Counted from the stretch's first letter, positions 40,281 to 50,817 are shown. The stretch: 64,000 nt of DNA from an uncultured Christensenellaceae bacterium (GCA_944380355.1 CALWHJ010000006.1:18490-82489), one strand, 5' to 3'. A program made the numbers and translations. Notes: generated from the sequence alone by a model not told the origin.

Positions 40281-41810
40281 ATGAAAATTATCCCCGCACC
40301 CTCGACTTGCATAACAAAGGAAGGTTCGTTGAAAGTTACCGCGGTTGACCTTTCTGCGGAAAACTATATGTCCGATTTGCAAAAACTCGGCGTAAGAGTT
40401 TCCCTATGCCCCTCGCAATTCTCCCCCGACAACGCCAAAACAGACAGCCAATCCTATTCGCTCGACGTCGACGCAGACGGTATATCCGTTAAGGCAGGAG
40501 GAGAACAAGGCGTATTTTATGCTTACGTTACGCTTGCTCAGCTTTTGCACAACTACTCTTTCGAATTGCCTTATTGCAGTATAGTCGACCGACCCAGATT
40601 TAATTACAGAGGCTATATGCTAGACGTAGGAAGATACTTTATGCCCGTAGAAAACATAAAAAGCCTGATGCGTCTTTGCGCCCTGCACAAAATAAATAAA
40701 TTCCGTATACATATCACGGAAGACCAAGGCTGGCGCATAGAAATAAAAAAATATCCTCTGCTTACGCAAAAAGGAAGCGTGCGCAACGGCACTAATTTTT
40801 CTCACAAAAAACATTCGGGATTTTACACTCAGGACGAACTCAAGGACCTCGTGGCTTACTGTAAAAAGTTTTTTATAGAACTTATACCCGAGATAGATAT
40901 GCCGGGACACTCGCGCGCGGCTATCGCGTGCTATCCCGAGCTTAGCTGCTTTGACAGAAAGCTGCCCGTCGCAACTCACTGGGGAGTAAAACACGACATA
41001 CTCTGCGCGGGAAAGGAAAGCACTTACAAATTCGCTGAGGACGTGTGGGACGAGGCGTGCCAAATCTTTGACAGCGAATACGTGCATATAGGAGGCGACG
41101 AAGCTCCCAAAACGCGCTGGAAAATCTGCCCTCACTGTCAGAAAAAGATGCGCGAAGAAGGGCTTGAAAACGAAGAACAGCTTCAGTCCCTTTTCGTCAA
41201 CCGCCTTGCAAAATATCTGCAGTCAAAAGGCAAAAAGGTAATGATGTGGAATGAGTTTTCACCCACCTTTATGACCGACAAAACCCTAATCCGTCAATTC
41301 TGGTCAAGTCCCGCAAAGGACCAGACCGCCATCCGCAAGGAACTCAGCGAAGGAATAGAATACGTAAATTCCGACGCTGCCAGCTGTTATCTCGATTTGC
41401 CCGAAAAAACCGTTACTCTCAAAAAAGGCTATCTTTTCAATCCCTTCATAGAAGGCGCGGAAAAAGGTTTAACGGGCGTAGAGGCGTGCCTGTGGAGCGA
41501 ATACGTACCCGACTGGAAAAAGGCTCAGAAACTTACTTTGCCGAGACTTTGCGCTCTGTCCGAAACTATGTGGACTGATATTCCCGACGATAAAAAGGAA
41601 TACGACGAATTTCTCTCCCGTCTAGACGCGCATTGCAAGTATCTCAAGCAATTCGGCTACCTCATAGCCGACTATTCGGACTCGCTTGCCAACAAAACGC
41701 GTAAATTCTTCTCGTGGCTGTGGTTTAACCGCCGCCCTCTTCACTGGGAAGGCCTGCACAACGCGCTCGATAACGCAAAAGTCAAAAGAAAATTCGGCAA
41801 ACACAAATAG
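40281..41810 (+). CDS. Beta-N-acetylhexosaminidase (GH20), cytoplasmic
   Basis: DRPRFNYRGYMLDVGR, HITEDQGWR, PEIDMPGH, HIGGDE and LWSE motifs; no signal peptide. Confidence 0.92.
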   Translation: MKIIPAPSTCITKEGSLKVTAVDLSAENYMSDLQKLGVRVSLCPSQFSPDNAKTDSQSYSLDVDADGISVKAGGEQGVFYAYVTLAQLLHNYSFELPYCSIVDRPRFNYRGYMLDVGRYFMPVENIKSLMRLCALHKINKFRIHITEDQGWRIEIKKYPLLTQKGSVRNGTNFSHKKHSGFYTQDELKDLVAYCKKFFIELIPEIDMPGHSRAAIACYPELSCFDRKLPVATHWGVKHDILCAGKESTYKFAEDVWDEACQIFDSEYVHIGGDEAPKTRWKICPHCQKKMREEGLENEEQLQSLFVNRLAKYLQSKGKKVMMWNEFSPTFMTDKTLIRQFWSSPAKDQTAIRKELSEGIEYVNSDAASCYLDLPEKTVTLKKGYLFNPFIEGAEKGLTGVEACLWSEYVPDWKKAQKLTLPRLCALSETMWTDIPDDKKEYDEFLSRLDAHCKYLKQFGYLIADYSDSLANKTRKFFSWLWFNRRPLHWEGLHNALDNAKVKRKFGKHK

Positions 41811-41871
41811 GCAACCGTTAATCTTTGCCCTTGTAGGGGAATTACCGTATTTATCACTGCAATTAATTATT

Positions 41872-42858
41872 ATGGAGCAGAAAATCAAACTTCTCAAAAT
41901 CTACGATATGCTTGTAAAAGAGAGTGACGAAACTCACCCTCTCTCGACTTACGATATAATAGAAAAACTTGCAAAACAAGGCATAAAGGTAGAGCGCAAA
42001 ACTCTCTACGACGATATAAATCTTCTCAACGCCAACGGTTTCGAAGTAAAGCAGACTCGGGAAAAATGCAATATGTATTACGTGGAAAAGCGCGTTTTCG
42101 ATATCGCGGAAGTGCGTATCCTTATGGACGCGGTACAGGCGGCAAGCTTTATTACGCCGTCAAAGACAAAAATCCTCGTGGACAAAATCGCTACTCTCGC
42201 GGGACCGCTCAAAGGAGAAGTCGTCAAGCGCAATATAGCCGTATTCGACACCACAAAACATACCAACGAAAATATATATCTCAACGTCTTCACTCTCAAC
42301 GAAGCGATAATCAACCATAAGAAAATTTCATTTGAATACTTCCGTCTCGACGCAAGAGGAAGACGCGTGAGAAGAAACGCCGAAAAACGCGTATATACCG
42401 TCAGTCCTCTCGCTACTCTTTTGTCGGGCGACAACTACTATCTCGTGTGCGTAACCGACTCTCACCCCGACGTAATATCCAATTACCGCGTGGACAGAAT
42501 GGACGACGTGCGTACCCTTCCGCAGGATATCAAGGTCGCCGATAAATTCCTGGACTTCGACATTCGCAAACAGAAAAAACAGCTTTTCGGTATGTTCCTC
42601 GGCGAGCGCAGGGACGTAACTATGCAAATAGATAAAAACCTCGTCGAAGCCGTATATGACAAGTTCGGCGCGAAAACGCGTCTTACCCCTTACTCGGACA
42701 AGTACCGCTTTACCGCCGAAGTGCAGATAAGCGATATGTTTTTCGGTTGGTGTTTTTCTCTCGGAAGCGGACTGAAAATACTTGCGCCCAGAGAAATATG
42801 TCTTCTCTACCGCAGCCGTCTTCTCGACAGACTCAAAGAATTACCCGAAAACGATTAG
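41872..42858 (+). CDS. WYL-domain transcriptional regulator (wHTH-WYL-WCX)
   Basis: SDETHPLS, VERKTLYDDI, NYYLV and YRVDRM motifs; start taken at MEQKIK. Confidence 0.88.
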   Translation: MEQKIKLLKIYDMLVKESDETHPLSTYDIIEKLAKQGIKVERKTLYDDINLLNANGFEVKQTREKCNMYYVEKRVFDIAEVRILMDAVQAASFITPSKTKILVDKIATLAGPLKGEVVKRNIAVFDTTKHTNENIYLNVFTLNEAIINHKKISFEYFRLDARGRRVRRNAEKRVYTVSPLATLLSGDNYYLVCVTDSHPDVISNYRVDRMDDVRTLPQDIKVADKFLDFDIRKQKKQLFGMFLGERRDVTMQIDKNLVEAVYDKFGAKTRLTPYSDKYRFTAEVQISDMFFGWCFSLGSGLKILAPREICLLYRSRLLDRLKELPEND

Positions 42859-43464
42859 TACCAACGAATTGAGCGCGCACGCAAGCGACAGCTGATTGAG
42901 CCTTATCTCTTTGCTTTTCCCGCTCCTGTCGTAAACGAGTATTTTATCGAGCAGCATACTCTGCGTCGTAACGATTTTCAAAAGAGCGGACAGCGCGGCT
43001 TTCAAAGGCATAGGAGAGTACTGCGCGCGTATGTCGCTTCTTATATCGGCAAGCTCGCGGATATATACGCTGTTTTTATCCTCTTTGACGTAGATATACT
43101 CGAGTTCGTTTTTGTAAACGTTCAAAAATCTCTTGTCCAGATTGTTTATTATTGCCCCCGCGCTCTCGGCAAGCTCGAGATATCTCACACAGTCGCTGCG
43201 CATATACACGGGCAAAGGCGTATTTATCAGCGCGCTCAACGTCGAGGTTTTTCCATCTTCCTTATTTACTATTCCTCTCTCGGTTTGTCCGTCCTTTTCT
43301 GCCGCTTTTTCATAACGATTGTTTTCCGATGTCGCTTGCGCGTTATTTTCTGCTTTGACGGTATTTTCTCCCGCGCCCGACATAACTATCCCCAGCTTTT
43401 CGTATTCTTCGTTCATTTTCCTTGCCTGCTCGTCATCGGCTATAATATCGAATTCTTCTTTCAT
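42841..43464 (-). CDS. Hypothetical protein
   Basis: 207-aa ORF with GGAGG RBS; low-complexity N-terminus and helical C-terminus; 18-bp convergent overlap with the WYL gene. Confidence 0.6.
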   Translation of the reverse strand: MKEEFDIIADDEQARKMNEEYEKLGIVMSGAGENTVKAENNAQATSENNRYEKAAEKDGQTERGIVNKEDGKTSTLSALINTPLPVYMRSDCVRYLELAESAGAIINNLDKRFLNVYKNELEYIYVKEDKNSVYIRELADIRSDIRAQYSPMPLKAALSALLKIVTTQSMLLDKILVYDRSGKSKEIRLNQLSLACALNSLVLIVFG

Positions 43465-43599
43465 TTTGCCTCCAAAATCTCAAAAAGTGTCCGATATATC
43501 ATATTTTACATGCGCCCGCTATATACCCCGCGCGCCCCTAAAAACATAAATTGTTACTCGGCAGTTGCTTTTTCGCTATATTTTGATTATAATACTTAT

Positions 43600-45246
43600 A
43601 TGGACAACAATCTTATGTCGCCCGCGCAATTGTGGGCAAATTACAAAGAGGACTCCAAACTCAAGTCTAAATTTATTAAGTACGAACGCAAGGACGACCA
43701 CACCGTGTTCGAAGCTTTCGTTTCTTCTCCCGACGAAAACGGTGAAGATACGCTCGTATATTGTTACGGCAAAATCCCTTGCGAGCGCAAAAACGCTACT
43801 TTGATTTATATCAACGGTTTCGACAGCGATGTGGAACAAAAAGTTTTCGACGTCTTTTCCGCCGACGGTTACAGCGTGGTTTGTTTTGACTACAAAGGCG
43901 ACTCAGACAAACGCCGTCATACCGTTTATCCCCCGACTGTTTCTTATGCCAATTTCGATAATTGTCAAGGACATTTGTGCTCTTTCGAAAAGTCTCCCAA
44001 AGATACCTGTGTATTCGTATGGAGCAGACTTTTGAGAGACGTCATATCCTTTGTCAAAAACACTATGGGACAGGATGAAAAAATCTATCTCCTTTCCTCC
44101 GCCGAGGGTGGCAATATCCTTTGGCAAGTCGCAGGTACCGACAAACGCGTAGACGCAATACTCGTTACCAACAACGCGGGCTGGCAGGACTGTAAAGGTA
44201 TATTCAAATATTCCGCAAGCCCCGAAGAATACAACTTCAGCGAGGACAAGATAAAATTCATCAGCGCGTGCGCGCCTCAGTCCTACGCCAAGACGGTAGC
44301 TTGTCCCGTATTTTACGCTTCGGGTACCAACTGCACCATTACCAGTATGGACAGAGTGGAAAACACCCTTTCCCTCACCCGCAACGACAAAGCCAACCAC
44401 ACCTGCTTCTGCGCCAATCTCAGCAATATAATTTCCGAAAGAGCGCGCAAAGCTATGTCCGTATGGCTCAACAATATCTATACGTCTTCGCCTATGCCCC
44501 AGCCCCCCTCGATAACTCTCGAAGAGGACGACGGCGCACTCGTGGCGAAAGCACAGTTCGACAAGGCTTCCGACGTGGAAATGCTCGTGCTTTTCTATAG
44601 CTACAACGAGGTCAACAGCGAGCTGAGACACTGGAACAGAATTATCCTTTCCACCGCCTCCCCCGTAAGCGAAATACCCGTGAGGACGGACGACGAAAGA
44701 GTTTTTGCGTACTGCTCGGTCTTTTATAAAGACGGTCAGTACTATTCTTCCTTTCCCAAGGCATACGACCTCAAGGACAGCAAAATCAACCGTATTACTC
44801 CCAAGCGTTCGCACATTATCTACGAAAGAAAAATGGGCGTAAACGTATGGGTCGTCGACGACGCTACGGGAGAATATATTGCCCCTCGTATCGAAGCGGG
44901 CGCATACGATATAACGGGCGTTACCGCACCCGCGGGCAACCTGTCGACTTGTGTGCTGGGAGATACGTTTTTCGAAAGCAGCGAAGAGAGTATTCTGCAA
45001 TTCGACTGCTGCGCTTCTTCCGACCGTACTCTCACCGTAGAGCTGTGCGTAGAAACAGGTAAAGCGTCCTATGAATACTATACCTCTTCCGTGGAAATCA
45101 CGGGCGGAGAATGGCAGAAATTCGCGCTCGACCATACCGACTTCAAGACAAAGGAACTGGTGCCGCTCAAAAACTGGAACAACGTAAAAAAACTGTCCTT
45201 TGTCAACATAGACGGCACTCTGGTCGGCAACCTGATTTGGATATGA
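43600..45246 (+). CDS. Alpha/beta-hydrolase-fold protein (nucleophile apparently lost) with C-terminal CBM-like domain
   Basis: GYSVVCFDYKG, IYLLSSAEGGNILWQVAGTDKRVDA and CPVFYASGTN follow the acetyl-xylan-esterase-like pattern; C-terminal GEWQKF...DFK; start taken at MDNNLMS. Confidence 0.7.
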   Translation: MDNNLMSPAQLWANYKEDSKLKSKFIKYERKDDHTVFEAFVSSPDENGEDTLVYCYGKIPCERKNATLIYINGFDSDVEQKVFDVFSADGYSVVCFDYKGDSDKRRHTVYPPTVSYANFDNCQGHLCSFEKSPKDTCVFVWSRLLRDVISFVKNTMGQDEKIYLLSSAEGGNILWQVAGTDKRVDAILVTNNAGWQDCKGIFKYSASPEEYNFSEDKIKFISACAPQSYAKTVACPVFYASGTNCTITSMDRVENTLSLTRNDKANHTCFCANLSNIISERARKAMSVWLNNIYTSSPMPQPPSITLEEDDGALVAKAQFDKASDVEMLVLFYSYNEVNSELRHWNRIILSTASPVSEIPVRTDDERVFAYCSVFYKDGQYYSSFPKAYDLKDSKINRITPKRSHIIYERKMGVNVWVVDDATGEYIAPRIEAGAYDITGVTAPAGNLSTCVLGDTFFESSEESILQFDCCASSDRTLTVELCVETGKASYEYYTSSVEITGGEWQKFALDHTDFKTKELVPLKNWNNVKKLSFVNIDGTLVGNLIWI

Positions 45247-45247
45247 T

Positions 45248-45457
45248 ATGTTGAAACTGAGTGAGCTGAAAGAAAACGATACGGTCGTTACGAAAAAAAA
45301 CCATCCCTGCGGCGGCAACCGCTGGAAAATCGTGTCTACGGGCGCAGACTTCAAACTGTGTTGTCTTAAATGCGGACGCACGCTGATTATGCCCTCCGAA
45401 ACCTTGAAAAAATCTGTAAAAACCGTTGAGCCGTCAGGCTCCGACAAAGAGGAATAA
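45248..45457 (+). CDS. DUF951-family small protein
   Basis: KKNHPCGGNRW...GADFKLCCLKCGR. Confidence 0.85.
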   Translation: MLKLSELKENDTVVTKKNHPCGGNRWKIVSTGADFKLCCLKCGRTLIMPSETLKKSVKTVEPSGSDKEE

Positions 45458-46072
45458 ATGCATCAGGACGATATAGAAAAACAAGTCGATAATTATAAAA
45501 TCAACTATATCCCCGACGAAAACAAACCGCCAAAAAATCACAAAAAATACGTGATTTTAAACGTTGTGCTCTTTTCCTTGTGCGCGGTGCTTTTGGTACT
45601 CCTAATAGTCTTTACCGCAGTATTCACTACCGTAAAGGTCAGCGGCGACAGTATGTATCCTACGCTCAAGGACGGCGACAGAATCTTTTTGCAGATATCG
45701 GGCTACGATTATACTTACGGCGATATGGTAGTGTTTACCCGCACCGACAGCGAGGGTAAATCCGTCAACGCCGTAAAACGCGTAATCGCTCTGGGCGGAG
45801 ATATAGTATCTTTCGACAGGGAAAACAATAAATGGCTCGTCAACGGCAATCCTATAGAAGAAACATACTTCAACGGAGAGTACAGCTCCAATTACTTCGA
45901 TAAAATCTACGATACCGCCATTTACGACGGAGGCATAACCATTCCCGAAAACTGCCTCTTCGTGCTCGGCGACAACCGAAATATTCCCGGCGGCTCGCTC
46001 TCGGTGGACAGCCATATCTACGGCCCCATCCCTGCCGAAAGCGTCGTAGGAAAAGTGCTCAGAGTTTTCTAA
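45458..46072 (+). CDS. lepB: Signal peptidase I
   Basis: VSGDSMYPTL (Ser), VKRVIALGGD (Lys) and FVLGDNR...DS motifs. Confidence 0.93.
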   Translation: MHQDDIEKQVDNYKINYIPDENKPPKNHKKYVILNVVLFSLCAVLLVLLIVFTAVFTTVKVSGDSMYPTLKDGDRIFLQISGYDYTYGDMVVFTRTDSEGKSVNAVKRVIALGGDIVSFDRENNKWLVNGNPIEETYFNGEYSSNYFDKIYDTAIYDGGITIPENCLFVLGDNRNIPGGSLSVDSHIYGPIPAESVVGKVLRVF

Positions 46073-46147
46073 CGCCTTTTCAACGTTATATACTGACAAT
46101 CAATATTCGTTTCGGACAAGCTCCGAAAACTTTTTAAGGAGATAAAA

Positions 46148-46438
46148 ATGAAAGCAATAGTTTCCGTTATCGGTAAAGACAAACGCGGTATAATCGCAAA
46201 AGTCTCTACCTGCCTCTACGAGATGGATATCAATATCGAAAACATCTCGCAGACAATTATGCAGGACTACTTCACTATGATTATGGCTGTCGACATCGGT
46301 CAAAGTAACCTCAAATTCGACGCTGTCAAGGATAAGCTCAATTCGCTCGGCAAAGATATGGGTCTGGAAATCCATATCCAACTCCAAAGCATATTCGACA
46401 GTATGCATCAGTTAGACACCACTTCAAAGGGGCTTTGA
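46148..46438 (+). CDS. ACT-domain protein (UPF0237 family)
   Basis: [24 protein letters not shown] and IFDSMH motifs; paired with a DUF711 gene. Confidence 0.9.
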   Translation: MKAIVSVIGKDKRGIIAKVSTCLYEMDINIENISQTIMQDYFTMIMAVDIGQSNLKFDAVKDKLNSLGKDMGLEIHIQLQSIFDSMHQLDTTSKGL

Positions 46439-46439
46439 T

Positions 46440-47789
46440 ATGTACTCCAGCAACGAAATTATCGAAACTATAAATATGATATCCCAACAGCACCTCGACG
46501 TGCGTACTATTACGTTGGGTATCTCTCTTTTTGACTGTATTACGGACAGCAAAAAACGTACTGCCGAAAAAATCTACGACAAGATTATGTCCAAGGCTAA
46601 AAACCTCGTCAAAATCGGCAACGACATATCCAGCGAAATAGGCGTGCCTATCGTCAACAAACGTATATCCGTTACGCCCGTAAGCTTAGTTGCGGCGGCA
46701 AGCAAAGGCCATCTCGAAATTATCCGTACCCTCGACAAAATAGCCGACGAAACGGGTATCGACTTTTTGGGCGGCTACTCCGCTCTCGTACATAAGGCTA
46801 TGACTCCCTACGAAAAGGAGTTTTTGCTTTCCATACCCGAAGCCCTTTCGACTACGGGCAAAATCTGCTCGTCGGTGAACGTAGCTACGTCAAAAGCGGG
46901 CATTAATATGGATGCGGTAGCTCTTATGGGAAAAATCGTCAAGGATTGCGCTTACCGCACAAAAGACAACGATTCCCTCGCTTGCGCCAAACTCGTGGTG
47001 TTTGCAAATGCCGTAGAAGATAACCCCTTTATGGCAGGAGCTTTCCTCGGCACGGGTGAGGACGATGCCGTAGTCAACGTAGGCGTATCCGGCCCCGGCG
47101 TAGTCAAGACGGCTCTCGAGCAAGTCGACGGCGACCTCACGCAAGTAGCAGAATGTATCAAACAAACGGCATTCAAGATTACCCGCGTAGGTCAGCTTGT
47201 TGCTAAAGAAGCAAGCAAACGTCTGAATGCAAGTTTCGGCATTGTCGACCTCTCGCTCGCTCCTACCCCCATAGTAGGCGACAGCGTAGCGCATATCCTC
47301 GAAGAGATTGGTCTTGAAAGCGTAGGCGCGTGCGGTACTACCGCGTGCCTTGCAATGCTCAACGACGCCGTAAAGAAAGGCGGCATTATGGCTTGCAGCA
47401 GCGTAGGCGGTCTTTCGGGCGCATTTATCCCCGTATCCGAAGACGCAGGTATGATCAGAGCCGCAGAAACGGGCGCGCTCAATATCGAAAAACTCGAGGC
47501 AATGACAGCCGTATGCTCGGTAGGTCTGGATATGATAGCAATACCGGGAGATACCCCTGCGGAAGTTATCTCGGGAATAATTGCCGACGAAATCGCAATC
47601 GGCGTGGTCAATACCAAAACCACCGCCGTAAGAGTAATCCCCGTATACGGCAAGAAAGCGGGAGAATATGCGGAATTCGGCGGACTTTTGGGACGCGCTC
47701 CTATAATGAGCGTAAATACCAATTCACCGCTTAAGTTTATCTCGCGCGGAGGACGTATTCCGGCGCCTTTGCACAGCAACAAAAACTAA
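46440..47789 (+). CDS. PFL-like/UPF0210 (DUF711) family protein
   Basis: [31 protein letters not shown] and [15 protein letters not shown] motifs. Confidence 0.92.
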   Translation: MYSSNEIIETINMISQQHLDVRTITLGISLFDCITDSKKRTAEKIYDKIMSKAKNLVKIGNDISSEIGVPIVNKRISVTPVSLVAAASKGHLEIIRTLDKIADETGIDFLGGYSALVHKAMTPYEKEFLLSIPEALSTTGKICSSVNVATSKAGINMDAVALMGKIVKDCAYRTKDNDSLACAKLVVFANAVEDNPFMAGAFLGTGEDDAVVNVGVSGPGVVKTALEQVDGDLTQVAECIKQTAFKITRVGQLVAKEASKRLNASFGIVDLSLAPTPIVGDSVAHILEEIGLESVGACGTTACLAMLNDAVKKGGIMACSSVGGLSGAFIPVSEDAGMIRAAETGALNIEKLEAMTAVCSVGLDMIAIPGDTPAEVISGIIADEIAIGVVNTKTTAVRVIPVYGKKAGEYAEFGGLLGRAPIMSVNTNSPLKFISRGGRIPAPLHSNKN

Positions 47790-47857
47790 ATATGCGCCCT
47801 TATACAAGGTCGCACGGAGCGTGTAATAAAAATTGAAAAGCCTAAGGAGGCTACTCT

Positions 47858-47898
47858 TAATTTATACAATTTAAGCCTTATGTAAATTGTATAAATTA
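47858..47898. repeat. AT-rich perfect inverted repeat (16+9+16), copy 1
   Basis: TAATTTATACAATTTA-AGCCTTATG-TAAATTGTATAAATTA; second copy at 54759. Confidence 0.85.
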
Positions 47899-47929
47899 TT
47901 TTATATAAGAAATATATATAGGAAGCCAA

Positions 47930-48052
47930 GCCGTCAGAGATTAGTACAGAGTTGCGATTTTGAAGAGAGTTCGCGAGCGGAGCGTACTAAGCGTACGTGA
48001 CCGAGCGAAACTGCTTGCGCAAAATCGCAAATATGTGCTGATATATGACGGC
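47930..48052 (+). repeat. Type-A hairpin element, copy 4
   Basis: Outer stem GCCGTCA/TGACGGC; core GAGAGTTCGCGAGCGGAGCGTAC-TAAGC-GTACGTGACCGAGCG as in the 11737 and 30498 copies. Confidence 0.88.
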
Positions 48053-48062
48053 GCGATAGAAT

Positions 48063-48788
48063 ATGAAAATAGAAGGACGCAACCCCATAACCGAAGCCCT
48101 CGATTCAGATATCAAAATATCGAGGTTGTACGTCTCGAAGACTGCTCACGATTTGCAGCCTTTGATTGACAAGGCAAAAAGCAAGAAAATTCGCATAGAC
48201 TTTGTGGACAGAGCGTTTCTCGACAAGACAAGCGAAAGCAAACGCCATCAGGGCATTATCGCAATAAGCGAAGAATACGGCTATTCTACAATCGAGGACA
48301 TACAGTCGCTTGCAAAGGCCAAGGGCGAAAAGCTGTTTGTTCTCATACTCGACTCTATCGAAGACCCGCATAATCTGGGCAGTATCATAAGAGTTGCCGA
48401 ATGTGCTGGCGCGCACGGCATTATTATTCCCTCCAGAAGAAGCGCAAGCGTAAACGCTACGGTATTGCGCACGTCTGCGGGCGCGGCAAACCACGTGAAA
48501 GTCGCTATGGTAGGCAATATCAACGACGCTATAAGAAAACTCAAGGACGATTTCGTCAACGTCTATTGCGCGGATATGCAAGGCACTACGCTCTATGACT
48601 GTCATTTCGACGAGGACGTGGCAATTGTCATAGGCAACGAGGGAGAAGGCGTAAAATCCCTTACCGCAAAGCTATGCGACCACGTGGTATCCATACCTCA
48701 GTTCGGCAAGGTAAATTCGCTCAATGCGTCGGTTGCGTGCGGGATAATTTGCTATGAAGTAATCCGTCAAAGGGGCAAGCGCGTATAG
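48063..48788 (+). CDS. rlmB: 23S rRNA (guanosine2251-2'-O)-methyltransferase
   Basis: EGRNP, HQGI, DPHNLGSIIR, GNEGEG and NSLNASVA motifs. Confidence 0.95.
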   Translation: MKIEGRNPITEALDSDIKISRLYVSKTAHDLQPLIDKAKSKKIRIDFVDRAFLDKTSESKRHQGIIAISEEYGYSTIEDIQSLAKAKGEKLFVLILDSIEDPHNLGSIIRVAECAGAHGIIIPSRRSASVNATVLRTSAGAANHVKVAMVGNINDAIRKLKDDFVNVYCADMQGTTLYDCHFDEDVAIVIGNEGEGVKSLTAKLCDHVVSIPQFGKVNSLNASVACGIICYEVIRQRGKRV

Positions 48789-49468
48789 CGGCGCATATTT
48801 TGCCTTTATCTGCGACGCTCGCGCTCAGTTACATACGCAAAGTATGCGCCTGTCGCGCTCGGTCTGGAAAAAATAAAAATCACACTCTTCTCCAAGGTCG
48901 CATGCAGTGTACTAGTGCGGCGATGTGCCTTTGCTGGCGACCTAAAAAAGAAAAAATCACACTACTCTCCGCGCTTGCGTTCGCTCACATCGACGAAATA
49001 CCAACACTTTCAATGTATTGAAAGCGTAAGGCAAAATGTCGGGTTCGCTCCATACCGACCAAACGAAACGGTGTATATTCGGCAAGCGAATAAAACCGTT
49101 TGTCGGTACTGTCTTCAAGCGGATTACGGATTTGACAGCCGCGACAAAATACCTACGCTTACGAGGTATCGAAAGCGTAAGGCAAAACGGCGGGTTCGCT
49201 CTATACCGACAAAGCCGTAATAGAGTGGTAAGGATAACGGCTTTTTGAGATTGATTGCGAAGGGCGCATACTTTGCGTATGTAACCGAGCAAGAATATAG
49301 CAATAAAAGGCGCTAGGCGTGCCGCTATATTACGGCGCAAACGAAACGGTGTATATTCGACAAGCAAATAAAACCCTTTGTCGGTACTGTTATCAATCGG
49401 ATATTAAATTACACCGCGCGCCTTTGCGGAAAGCCTAAAAAAAATTAACACTACTCTACGCGCTTGCG
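48775..49468. repeat. Left composite repeat cluster: type-A copy 5 (48775-48978), two 151-bp type-B units (from 48991 and 49142) and nested type-A copy 6 (49214-49336)
   Basis: 48784-48871 matches the reverse complement of 55365-55452 with 2 mismatches. Type-B units begin CGAC(G/A)AAATACC at a 151-bp period. Confidence 0.88.
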
Positions 49469-49486
49469 GAAAAGAAGTAAAAAAAG

Positions 49487-49511
49487 CAAAAGTCGGCTTG
49501 TGCCGACTTTT
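49487..49511. terminator. Hairpin terminator at the sigH 3' end
   Basis: AAAAGTCGGC-TTGT-GCCGACTTTT. Confidence 0.75.
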
Positions 49512-50068
49512 TATTTATCCAAATCTTTTTTGAGTTTTCTCTTTATCTTCTGAAGCACGTTGTCCACGTACTTGGTTTTTTTGCCGATTTTGTCGGCAAT
49601 CTCGCGATAGCTCATTCCTTCGTAATAGCTGTCGAGGATTTGCTTTTCGTCAGGTGAAAGCCCGTTTTCTATTATACCGCGAAGATGCCTGTCCTCCTCG
49701 GCACGTATGGCTATATCCTCGGGGGACTGCTCTGCTATCTTTCTGTCGTCAAGCACGCTTATGGGCACGCTTTCAGTCAGGGGCTTGTTTTTGTTGCGCT
49801 TGCTGTGCCTGCCGTAATCGGTAATCCTGTTGCGAATACAACTGGTGGCGTAAGTGCTGAATGCTATGTTGCTGTGCGTATCGTAAGTCAGCACGGCATT
49901 ATACAAAGCTATCATTCCCTCTTGCGCAATATCTTCTATATCCTCGCCCTTGATAAAAAATACGCGCGACAGCTTGTTGACTAGAGCTTTGTATTTTTCC
50001 ATAAGCTCCTCGACGGCGTTTACGTCGCCCTTGCGTATTCTCTCTATAAGCTGAATATCGTCGTTCAT
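49511..50068 (-). CDS. sigH: RNA polymerase sigma factor SigH-like
   Basis: EDIAQEGMIAL, FSTYATSCIRNR, R.KNKPL and GMSYREIA...VDNVLQKIKRK motifs; near mrnC, thyX and rlmB. Confidence 0.8.
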   Translation of the reverse strand: MNDDIQLIERIRKGDVNAVEELMEKYKALVNKLSRVFFIKGEDIEDIAQEGMIALYNAVLTYDTHSNIAFSTYATSCIRNRITDYGRHSKRNKNKPLTESVPISVLDDRKIAEQSPEDIAIRAEEDRHLRGIIENGLSPDEKQILDSYYEGMSYREIADKIGKKTKYVDNVLQKIKRKLKKDLDK

Positions 50069-50817
50069 TGTTTTTTTGCTTTCTCGAGCAGTTGTTTCTG
50101 CTTGGCTCTTACTTCGAGCATCTTGCCGCAAGTCATCTTGCCTTCGCTGCAAGCTCCCGATACGCAAGCCGCACCGCAATCTGCAAATACGGCGGGAGCA
50201 ACTTCGAGTACCAACTCGAGCATCCTCCACGCAACTTCTCTTATCTCCCACTGCGCGCGGTTACAGCATCTCAATTTGAAAAAGTTGAAGAGTTCGCGTG
50301 CGTTCATCGTTACAATCATTTTGGTTTCCGCAGCGTTGGGAAGTACGAAACGCGCGTCCTCGTTGGACTTTTCGCACGCACCGCCGAGAAGCGTCTGCCA
50401 CTCGGTATACCAGCCGTGCATTGTGTCCATCTGTTTTTTAAACTTCTCAACGTACTCCTCGCCCAAAGCCTCGATACTCTCGGGAATTACGTAATTAAAA
50501 GTAGTACCCGCTTTGTTGGCGTCTACGTATCTTTGGGACTTGACGCTGAATGAGGCAATTCTGTGTCTTGTAATCTGCGCGAGAAGACTTCTCGATACGC
50601 CCTCTATACCGAAAGTGAAATTAGCGTGCTCGAAAGGAGAAGCGTGTCCGAAAGACCTCAGTCTTGCGATAAACTTAGCCGCATTTTCGTCGTCCAAACC
50701 TTCTTTGAGATTTGCTATCGTCGCGTCGCTGTAACAAAGCTTAGCGGCAAGCGCAATAGTGCGCTCGGGATTGGGGGTGTATTCCAGCAGCGTTACGCTG
50801 GGTTTTACCTGTGCCAT
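50065..50817 (-). CDS. thyX: FAD-dependent thymidylate synthase
   Basis: GHASPFEH, RHRIASFSVKSQRY, EDARFVLP and AQWEIR motifs. Confidence 0.96.
   Translation of the reverse strand: MAQVKPSVTLLEYTPNPERTIALAAKLCYSDATIANLKEGLDDENAAKFIARLRSFGHASPFEHANFTFGIEGVSRSLLAQITRHRIASFSVKSQRYVDANKAGTTFNYVIPESIEALGEEYVEKFKKQMDTMHGWYTEWQTLLGGACEKSNEDARFVLPNAAETKMIVTMNARELFNFFKLRCCNRAQWEIREVAWRMLELVLEVAPAVFADCGAACVSGACSEGKMTCGKMLEVRAKQKQLLEKAKKQ

Noticed and set aside
48800-49367. Small ORFs over the repeat clusters (also 11587, 47960 and 54883-55411) that resemble each other
   Set aside because: The similarity comes from the DNA repeats. There is no RBS, no consistent frame and no transposase motif.
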